This document shows, one piece after another, positions 1 to 6,262 of a DNA stretch of 32,000 nucleotides. The stretch is taken from NCBI GenBank assembly GCA_003858585.1, contig RQZE01000004.1, forward strand, positions 30,001 to 62,000, given 5' to 3'. The stretch is from Erysipelotrichaceae bacterium OH741_COT-311. Its GTDB lineage: Bacteria > Bacillota_I > Bacilli_A > Erysipelotrichales > Erysipelotrichaceae. Positions within the stretch are counted from its first letter, which is position 1. Every line of letters starts with the position of its first letter. The notes below the pieces were generated by a model that was not told the origin of the DNA, ran no database searches, and was given only the letters and a program-made list of their open reading frames with translations. A program made the translations under genes and the position numbers.

Positions 1-1570
1 CTAAACGTTTGATTTCTTCTAATTCTTCTTCTGAATACTCAATCTTAATTTCATAATCTTTATCTTTTTTAAGATCTTTTGCTCTTAAACGACGCTCTTC
101 TTCCTCTTTATTTTTACGACGATGATCTTTTTTCTTTTCTGCAACTGGTTTTGATACTTCTGCCAAACGTTCAAATTTAGATACATATTCGCTACGAGGT
201 TTTAATTCTTTCTTTACCTTAACAGGTTTTTCCACTTCAACAACTTCTTTTTCTACTTCTTTATTTACTTCAACAACTTCTTCAACAGGTTCTACATACT
301 CTTCTACTGTTTCTTCAAAAGATTCTTCTGTCACTGTTTCATCAACATCTTCTTGCGTTGCCTCTTCAATATTTGAAGTCGTATCTTCTACGATTTCTTC
401 TACCACTTCTAACTCTTCTTTAATTTCATCTAATTTCGCTTGTACTTTTTCACGACGTATTTTTTCTTGTAAAGCCATGAACTCAAACACTTTCGCTTCC
501 ATATCAATGCCTAATTCTTCAATTTCACTACGTGTTTTAATATCTATTTTCGTTCCACATAATTTCACTGCCAGACGAGCATTTTTCCCTTTTTTACCGA
601 TAGCTAAAGACAATTGATTATCTTCTACTACAACTGTAATTCCTTTTGCATCGTCTGCCTTAAATACTGCTAAAATTGTAGCAGGAGCTAACGCATTTTT
701 AATTAAATCCGCTAAATTATCTGACCATTCAAAAATATCAATCTTTTCACCTTTTAATTCTTCAATAACAACTTGAACACGACTTCCTCTTGGACCAATA
801 CACGCCCCGATTGGATCTACTTCACTATTTTTTGAATAAACAGCCATTTTTGTACGTTCTCCAGCATCACGTGCAATCGCCTTAATTTCAACAATTCCTT
901 CAAATATTTCTGGAACTTCTTTTTCAAATAAACGCTTTACTAAACTAGCTTCACTACGTGAAACTAAGACCTGTGCTCCTTTTGTTTCTTTATTACACTC
1001 TGTAATAATGACTTTAATTTTTTCGCCTTCACGGTAATACTCACCAGGAATTTGAGCACTCTTTGGCATTAATGCTAATGTCTTACCTAAATTTACTACC
1101 ACAAAACGTTCTTCCACAGATTCAATTAAGCCTGTCATCATTTCATCAATCATATCAATGTATTCATCATATACAGATTGTTTTTCCGCTTCACGAATTT
1201 TTTGCTTCATAACATTTTTTGCAAGTAAGGCAGCGGCACGACCAAACTCTGTGATATTTACTTCATCTGTTGAAACAGTTGATCCAAGTTCAACATTTGG
1301 ATCGATGGCTTTTGCTGCTTGTAAGGAAATTTCTAAAAAATCATCTTCTACTTCTTCTACAACTGTTTTTTGATGCATAGCCTTAATTGTACCTTTTTTT
1401 TCATCAATTAAAACCAATACTTGAACATCCGGAATATCCACATGTTTGCGATATGCCTTTGCAATGGCTTCTTTTAAAGCAGATACAACGGTTTCTTGAT
1501 CAATTTTACGATCATCTTCAATTAATTGCATTGCTTTTAAAAGCTCTTTAAATTTAATTTGCGAACTCAT
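1..1570 (-). CDS. nusA: Transcription termination/antitermination factor NusA; the 3' end of the gene runs off the left edge of the window
   Basis: Absent from the ORF track because no stop lies in the window. Hand translation of the minus strand from ATG 1570-1568 gives MSSQIKFKELLKAMQLIEDDRKIDQETVVSALKEAIAKAYRKH..., then ...VLVSRSEASLVKRLFEKEVPEIFEGIVEIKAIARDAGERTKMAVYS...VDPIGACIGPRGSRVQVVIEELKGEKIDIFEWS... (NusA NTD, S1 and KH signatures). I rechecked the frame over bases 1-240 and it stays open to base 1. The gene lies 12 nt downstream of rimP, as in the conserved rimP-nusA operon. Confidence 0.92.
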   Translation of the reverse strand, partial: MSSQIKFKELLKAMQLIEDDRKIDQETVVSALKEAIAKAYRKHVDIPDVQVLVLIDEKKGTIKAMHQKTVVEEVEDDFLEISLQAAKAIDPNVELGSTVSTDEVNITEFGRAAALLAKNVMKQKIREAEKQSVYDEYIDMIDEMMTGLIESVEERFVVVNLGKTLALMPKSAQIPGEYYREGEKIKVIITECNKETKGAQVLVSRSEASLVKRLFEKEVPEIFEGIVEIKAIARDAGERTKMAVYSKNSEVDPIGACIGPRGSRVQVVIEELKGEKIDIFEWSDNLADLIKNALAPATILAVFKADDAKGITVVVEDNQLSLAIGKKGKNARLAVKLCGTKIDIKTRSEIEELGIDMEAKVFEFMALQEKIRREKVQAKLDEIKEELEVVEEIVEDTTSNIEEATQEDVDETVTEESFEETVEEYVEPVEEVVEVNKEVEKEVVEVEKPVKVKKELKPRSEYVSKFERLAEVSKPVAEKKKDHRRKNKEEEERRLRAKDLKKDKDYEIKIEYSEEELEEIKRL

Positions 1571-1582
1571 GATCTCTCTCCT

Positions 1583-2053
1583 TTAAAATTTAACTGCCAA
1601 ACGAATCATTTCTATTTCATTATAAGAAAAGGAAACGCTCTTTGTCACAGCTTTTTCTTTATAAATTACGGTTAAAACTTCATCCTCAACATGTTGTAAT
1701 TTAGCCAATAACTCCAGCTTATTCTTTAAAATTGGCTTTTTAAATTTCACATAGATAGGACGATTGATAGCACCCTTTACTTCATCAAGATTTCTCAATA
1801 CACGCTCTGCACCAGCTGAGCATACTTCAAGCATATACTCTCCATCAATGACATCTACTTGATCAAGAAGTTGTGATATATCTTCACTTACTTTCATACA
1901 AGTGTCAATATCAATGGATTCTTCTTTTTTCATAATCGAAATTTCTAAAATTTTACTACGTTTTAGATTTTTGAGTTGAATGTCATATAACTCAACTTTA
2001 TGTTGTATTAAAACCGGGCTAATTAATTCCTTAATCTTTAAGTTTAAATCCAT
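1583..2053 (-). CDS. rimP: Ribosome maturation factor RimP
   Basis: 156-aa ORF directly upstream of nusA. It contains EVCSAGAERVL, resembling the RimP EVSSPGxDRPL motif. SD AAGGAG (2064-2059) lies 5 nt before ATG 2053. Confidence 0.85.
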   Translation of the reverse strand: MDLNLKIKELISPVLIQHKVELYDIQLKNLKRSKILEISIMKKEESIDIDTCMKVSEDISQLLDQVDVIDGEYMLEVCSAGAERVLRNLDEVKGAINRPIYVKFKKPILKNKLELLAKLQHVEDEVLTVIYKEKAVTKSVSFSYNEIEMIRLAVKF

Positions 2054-2076
2054 AATTTCTCCTTAAACAATAATAT

Positions 2077-2098
2077 AAGGAGTGGTATCCCACTCCTT
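2077..2098 (-). promoter_or_regulatory. Perfect 9-bp hairpin in the rimP-nusA 5' leader (AAGGAGUGG-GAUA-CCACUCCUU), followed by an interrupted U tract; candidate attenuator or 5' stabiliser
   Basis: Plus strand aaggagtgg (2077-2085) / tatc / ccactcctt (2090-2098). On the minus-strand RNA it sits between the predicted -10 (2116-2111) and the rimP SD, and is followed by AUAUUAUUGUUU. Confidence 0.4.
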
Positions 2099-2110
2099 GA
2101 TTACTGTTTC

Positions 2111-2139
2111 ATTATAAATGAAATTCCATGAAAAAGCAA
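2111..2139 (-). promoter_or_regulatory. Candidate sigma-A promoter of rimP-nusA
   Basis: Minus strand has TTGCTT (2139-2134), a 17-nt spacer, then TATAAT (2116-2111). It lies between the rplT terminator and the rimP leader hairpin. Confidence 0.5.
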
Positions 2140-2162
2140 ATAAAAAGGACTAAAAAGTCCTT
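2131..2162 (-). terminator. Rho-independent terminator of infC-rpmI-rplT
   Basis: Minus-strand RNA AAGGAC-UUUUUA-GUCCUU followed by UUUAUUUGCUUUUU. The 5' arm overlaps the rplT TAA stop (2163-2161). Confidence 0.6.
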
Positions 2163-2517
2163 AAGCTAACGCTTTTTTTGCAGTTTCAACGATTTGTTTG
2201 AAACCTTGTTGATCATGAATCGCAATTTCTGATAACATTTTACGGTTTACATTTACATTTGCAAGTTTTAAACCATGCATTAATTTTGAATAGCTAATAT
2301 CGTGCATTCTTGCAGCCGCATTAATACGAGCAATCCATAATTTACGCATTTCTCTCTTTGTTTGCTTGCGTCCAATATATGAATATCTTAATGAACGCAT
2401 TACTTGTTCATGAGCAGTACGGTATAGTAAGTGTTTAGAACCAAAATACCCTTTTGCTAACTTTAATACTTTTTTACGTCTATGACGTGTTGGTGTTGAA
2501 CCTTTTACTCTTGGCAT
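2161..2517 (-). CDS. rplT: 50S ribosomal protein bL20
   Basis: 118 aa starting [29 protein letters not shown], the canonical L20 N-terminus. It is the third gene of the infC-rpmI-rplT arrangement. Confidence 0.97.
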   Translation of the reverse strand: MPRVKGSTPTRHRRKKVLKLAKGYFGSKHLLYRTAHEQVMRSLRYSYIGRKQTKREMRKLWIARINAAARMHDISYSKLMHGLKLANVNVNRKMLSEIAIHDQQGFKQIVETAKKALA

Positions 2518-2533
2518 TTCTTAAACCTCCCTA

Positions 2534-2728
2534 TTAACCTTGTAATAATAATTTAATACGTTTGTAATCTGATTTTGAAACAAGCGTAGACTTTCTTAAA
2601 TTAACTTTTTGTTTGTGTGTTTTATTTGCAGCGAAGTGAGAAGTATAAGCATGACCTCTCTTTAATTGACCAGAACCTGTTACTTTAACACGTTTAGCCA
2701 ATGTCTTTTTAGTTTTCATTTTTGGCAT
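2534..2728 (-). CDS. rpmI: 50S ribosomal protein bL35
   Basis: 64 aa, [31 protein letters not shown]..., canonical L35. It lies between infC and rplT. Confidence 0.97.
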   Translation of the reverse strand: MPKMKTKKTLAKRVKVTGSGQLKRGHAYTSHFAANKTHKQKVNLRKSTLVSKSDYKRIKLLLQG

Positions 2729-2739
2729 AATTTATCCTC

Positions 2740-3264
2740 CTATTTCTTTTTAGGTGTCAATACCACTGACATTGTATTACCTTCTAATACCGGAGCTTTT
2801 TCCACACTAGAAAGCTCTTTTAACCCTTCCATAAAGTTATTCATAACTTTTTTACCGACTTCAACACGCGTAATTAAACGACCTCTAAAACGCATATCAA
2901 CTTTTACTTTCATACCTGCTTCAAGCCATTTACGAGCCTGATTTAATTTTGTCTCAAAGTCATGTGTATCAATAACTGGAGACAAACGCAATGGTTTGAC
3001 CTCGGTTACATGTTGGTTTCTTTTCGCTTCTTTCGCTTTCTTTTGAGCTTCAAAACGGTGTTTACCATAGTCTAAAATCTTACAAACTGGTGGATTGCCA
3101 TTTGGTGCAACACAGAATAAATCTAATTCATGTTCATAAGCCTTTTCTAAAGCTTCTCTGCGCAACATAATTCCAAGTTGTTCTCCATTTGGTCCAATGA
3201 CTAAGACTTCTTTGAAGCGGATGTTTTCATTTACTAGCTCTTCAGCATTGTTTTTACGTGTAAT
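2740..3264 (-). CDS. infC: Translation initiation factor IF-3, with predicted non-canonical ATT start
   Basis: The ORF-track ATG (3297) lies inside the 3' arm of the upstream attenuator hairpin. A strong SD GGAGGTG (3277-3271) is followed by the 6-nt spacer TCAAGT and then ATT (3264-3262). The product then begins ITRKNNAEELVNENIRFKEVLVIGPNGEQLGIM, matching the usual IF-3 N-terminus. infC classically uses AUU/AUA starts for autoregulation. Confidence 0.9.
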   Translation of the reverse strand: MTRKNNAEELVNENIRFKEVLVIGPNGEQLGIMLRREALEKAYEHELDLFCVAPNGNPPVCKILDYGKHRFEAQKKAKEAKRNQHVTEVKPLRLSPVIDTHDFETKLNQARKWLEAGMKVKVDMRFRGRLITRVEVGKKVMNNFMEGLKELSSVEKAPVLEGNTMSVVLTPKKK

Positions 3265-3282
3265 ACTTGACACCTCCATCAT

Positions 3283-3407
3283 ATAAAAAGTAGGCATATA
3301 AAATACCTACTTCCAGCTTCCGAATCATACAGTAGCACAGACCCAAGTCTTAAGACATCAGGTGAGAAGAGGTACTTCTACTTTCCACATCTTTTTATTA
3401 CTAAGTA
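3283..3407 (-). promoter_or_regulatory. infC operon leader of the L20-responsive attenuator type, ending in an intrinsic terminator immediately before the infC SD
   Basis: About 125 nt of untranslated leader lies between the predicted promoter and the infC SD. Its 3' end forms AAGUAGGUAU-UUUAU-AUGCCUACUU (3312-3303 / 3297-3288, 10 bp including one G-U) followed by UUUAUAU. Firmicute infC-rpmI-rplT operons are known to be controlled by an L20-binding leader with a terminator. I cannot verify the Rfam L20-leader consensus by eye. Confidence 0.55.
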
Positions 3408-3436
3408 AATTTATCATAGATTTCTTCAAAAGTCAA
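3408..3436 (-). promoter_or_regulatory. Candidate sigma-A promoter of the infC operon
   Basis: Minus strand has TTGACT (3436-3431), a 17-nt spacer, then TAAATT (3413-3408). Confidence 0.5.
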
Positions 3437-3459
3437 CGTTTAAAATCATTTATCACATA

Positions 3460-3488
3460 TAGAAATATAAATCTCCATTTGTTATAAT
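3460..3488 (+). promoter_or_regulatory. Candidate extended -10 promoter of the DUF1846 gene
   Basis: TGtTATAAT lies at 3480-3488 (TATAAT 3483-3488). A weak -35 TAGAAA lies at 3460-3465 with a 17-nt spacer. It is divergent from the infC promoter. Confidence 0.45.
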
Positions 3489-3519
3489 TAAAGGCGATAT
3501 GTACTTAAGGAGAATAGCT

Positions 3520-5007
3520 ATGCATAAACTTGCTTTTGATCATGATTTATATATTAAACTACAATCTGAAAAAATTGAAGAACGTATTAAACAATTTGGT
3601 AATAAATTATATCTAGAATTTGGTGGAAAACTATTTGATGACTTCCATGCTTCAAGAGTTTTACCTGGCTTTCAACCAGATTCAAAAGTAAAAATGCTAT
3701 TAAAATTAAAAGAACGTGTGGAAATGGTTATCGTTATCAATGCAAATGACATTGAAAAAAATAAAGTACGAGGTGATTTAAACATCACCTATGATCAAGA
3801 TGTTATTCGATTAATTGATGCCTTTCGTGCTATTGACTTATATGTCGGTTCGGTTGTTATTGCACAATATAACAATCAACCACTGGCACTACAATTCAAA
3901 AATAAATTAGAAAGTTTAGATGTCAATGTTGTTCTTCACTACCCTATTGCAAATTATCCAAGTAATGTTGCCTATATTATTTCTGAAGAAGGCTATGGGA
4001 AAAATGAATACATTGAAACGACAAGGGAATTAATTGTCATTACTGCTCCAGGTCCTGGAAGTGGAAAAATGGCTACTTGTCTATCTCAGCTATATCATGA
4101 TCATCAAAAAGGTATTAAGGCAGGTTATGCTAAATTTGAAACGTTTCCAATTTGGAATTTACCTTTAAAACATCCTGTTAATTTAGCTTATGAAGCTGCA
4201 ACCGCTAATCTAAATGATGTAAATATGATTGACCCCTTTCATCTTGAAGCTTACAATCAAACGGCAGTGAATTATAATCGTGATGTTGAAGTATTTCCAG
4301 TTTTAAATACCTTATTTGAAAAAATTCTTGGAACTTCTCCTTATAAATCACCTACAGATATGGGTGTAAATATGATTGGTTTTTGTATCAGTGATGATGA
4401 GAATGCTCGCTATGCCAGCAACAATGAAATCATACGTCGTTATTACCATGCCCTTGTAAACCATCGTAAAGACTTAACATCCAAAGAAGAAGTCGAAAAG
4501 ATTGAATTGATTATGAATCAAGCTCGTATTGATTCTACATTCCGTAAAGTCACTTTAGCGGCTAAAGCAAAATATGAATTAACAAATACACCTTGTTGTG
4601 CGATTGAATTAAATGATGGAACCATTATTACAGGAAAAACGTCTTCTTTATTAGGAGCGGTAAGTGCTTGTATTTTAAATGCATTAAAACATCTTGCAAA
4701 CATTGATGACCAACAAGTGGTTATTGCTCCAAACGTTATTGAACCAATTCAAAAATTAAAAGTCAATAATTTAGGTAACAACAATCCACGTTTACATCCT
4801 GATGAAATCTTAATTGCTTTAGCGGTATCTTCTACAACCAATGAATATTCACTAAAAGCATTAAAACAATTAGATAAACTAAAATTTTGTGAAATTCACT
4901 CTACGGTAATCTTACCTGAAGTCGATGTCGCAACATTAAAAAAATTGGGTATGCATTTAACACAAGACCCAATCTATCAATCTAAAAAACTATATCATAA
5001 AAAATAA
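3520..5007 (+). CDS. DUF1846 / UPF0371 family protein (conserved, function unknown)
   Basis: About 495 aa, with overall length and sequence (MHKLAFDHDLYIKLQSEKIEERI..., ...VITAPGPGSGKMATCLSQLYHD...) typical of the UPF0371 family as I recall it. The start was moved from 3499 to ATG 3520 because AAGGAG lies 7 nt upstream of 3520. Confidence 0.8.
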   Translation: MHKLAFDHDLYIKLQSEKIEERIKQFGNKLYLEFGGKLFDDFHASRVLPGFQPDSKVKMLLKLKERVEMVIVINANDIEKNKVRGDLNITYDQDVIRLIDAFRAIDLYVGSVVIAQYNNQPLALQFKNKLESLDVNVVLHYPIANYPSNVAYIISEEGYGKNEYIETTRELIVITAPGPGSGKMATCLSQLYHDHQKGIKAGYAKFETFPIWNLPLKHPVNLAYEAATANLNDVNMIDPFHLEAYNQTAVNYNRDVEVFPVLNTLFEKILGTSPYKSPTDMGVNMIGFCISDDENARYASNNEIIRRYYHALVNHRKDLTSKEEVEKIELIMNQARIDSTFRKVTLAAKAKYELTNTPCCAIELNDGTIITGKTSSLLGAVSACILNALKHLANIDDQQVVIAPNVIEPIQKLKVNNLGNNNPRLHPDEILIALAVSSTTNEYSLKALKQLDKLKFCEIHSTVILPEVDVATLKKLGMHLTQDPIYQSKKLYHKK

Positions 5008-5030
5008 AAGGCTTACGCCTTTTTCTTTTT
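5001..5030. terminator. Bidirectional terminator between the convergent DUF1846 and CPBP genes
   Basis: AAAAGGC (5006-5012) / ttac / GCCTTTT (5017-5023), flanked by A/T runs on both sides. The CPBP stop codon (5015-5013) sits in the loop. Confidence 0.55.
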
Positions 5031-5888
5031 TCTATAAGTCATATATATTAAATAGACAATAAGAGTGCTAAATATTATAGTTGTAAAAATACTAGCTTCA
5101 GGACCAAAAAAACCCCCTGAATATAAACTATTTCCAACCGGATGAAACTTCATTAAAGAACTAGAAGCGTTCATTCCACTCACATGAAAACCAAATATAC
5201 TGCCCTGTGCATAATTCCACGCAACATGAATCCCACATGCTCCTACTATATCACCCTGTAGCAAAGCATAAAGACCGATAAACAAACCAAATAAAATTAA
5301 ATTTAGAATCGCTATGACATTGACATTTGGATTAGCAAAATGCAATAAAGCAAAAAAACTGGAAGATAAAATTAAACCTACAACAACATTAAATTTAATT
5401 GCTAATGTTTGAAGTTGCCATCCTCTTGAAAAAATCTCTTCCGCACTACCCTGAATGCTCCAAGCAAAAAACAGTAAGAATACAGCCGGAAATGCTGAAA
5501 GATGAAGTTTAAAATCACTGCCGGCATGATTTGTCACAACAAGAATAGCCGTTAATAGAAAAAACAATCCAAGTCCAATCAAGATTCCTTTAAAATATGC
5601 TGGAAAGAAACGCTTTGGTTTTAATCCTAAACTACTAATCGGTCTTCTTTCTACATATTTTGTCCAAAGGAATACAGATAAAATCATAGGTATAAATAAA
5701 TATAAGTCTAAAAATAAAGCCAAGTCAGGATGATTGGTTATTGATACTAAATATCTATTTACCGGTAGTAAAAATATCTGCATAATGCCGGTTAAGAATA
5801 AAATAGCGATTGGACCCAATACAACATTAAACCAAGTATTAAAATTTAAACCTTGAGCTTGTTGAATTAATTTACTATCTGAATACAT
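5013..5888 (-). CDS. CPBP (CAAX/Abi) family intramembrane glutamic endopeptidase
   Basis: 291 aa and polytopic, with many hydrophobic segments. It carries the CPBP motifs EEIFSRGW (EExxxR), FALLH (FxxxH) and HVAWN. Confidence 0.85.
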   Translation of the reverse strand: MYSDSKLIQQAQGLNFNTWFNVVLGPIAILFLTGIMQIFLLPVNRYLVSITNHPDLALFLDLYLFIPMILSVFLWTKYVERRPISSLGLKPKRFFPAYFKGILIGLGLFFLLTAILVVTNHAGSDFKLHLSAFPAVFLLFFAWSIQGSAEEIFSRGWQLQTLAIKFNVVVGLILSSSFFALLHFANPNVNVIAILNLILFGLFIGLYALLQGDIVGACGIHVAWNYAQGSIFGFHVSGMNASSSLMKFHPVGNSLYSGGFFGPEASIFTTIIFSTLIVYLIYMTYRKKKKA

Positions 5889-5897
5889 GCAACTACC

Positions 5898-6233
5898 TTA
5901 TTTCAAATGATCAAATACAAAACCATTAATACGTATGTTTACCACATGACAATTTAATCCTGTCATATTCAAAATTGCTTCATGAACTTTACTCTGTAAA
6001 CGAGTACTAACACGATTTACATTCACGCCATATTTAAACTTTACATCAATAACCAAAGCTAATTTATTATCCTTAATTTTACAATGAATGGATTTTGCCT
6101 GTTTACGATCTACTAGATAAACACCATCAAACTCATCAATCGAAATCTTTGTAATAGCTTCAAATACCCCTTTACTTAATGCAACAATACTTTTTTCATC
6201 TTTTTTATTTAATAAAATATATTCTTGTGCCAT
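5898..6233 (-). CDS. Asp23/Gls24 (DUF322) family envelope/alkaline-shock protein
   Basis: 111 aa. The C-terminal half, KFKYGVNVNRVSTRLQSKVHEAILNMTGLNCHVVNIRINGF, matches the Asp23 family pattern (YGVNIxxVxxxVQxxVxxxvxxMTGLxVxxVNVxVxGV). SD GGGAGG lies 6 nt before the ATG. Confidence 0.8.
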   Translation of the reverse strand: MAQEYILLNKKDEKSIVALSKGVFEAITKISIDEFDGVYLVDRKQAKSIHCKIKDNKLALVIDVKFKYGVNVNRVSTRLQSKVHEAILNMTGLNCHVVNIRINGFVFDHLK

Positions 6234-6250
6234 AAATGTCCTCCCTTAAA

Positions 6251-6259
6251 ATTATAACA
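6251..6259 (-). promoter_or_regulatory. Candidate internal extended -10 promoter for asp23-CPBP
   Basis: Minus strand TGtTATAAT (TG 6259-6258, TATAAT 6256-6251) lies in the 29-nt gap after the RelA/SpoT-domain gene. Only a weak -35 (TTATAA) is present. Confidence 0.35.
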
Positions 6260-6262
6260 TTC

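Noticed and set aside
3499-3519. N-terminal extensions in the ORF track (3499, 10730, 14108, 16929, 17500, 24410, 24682, 28126, 8931, 3297)
   Set aside because: In each case a strong SD is correctly spaced for a downstream ATG (or ATT for infC), and the extension runs through predicted promoters or terminators or begins at GTG without an SD. I treated these as artefacts of longest-ORF calling, not as real extended isoforms.
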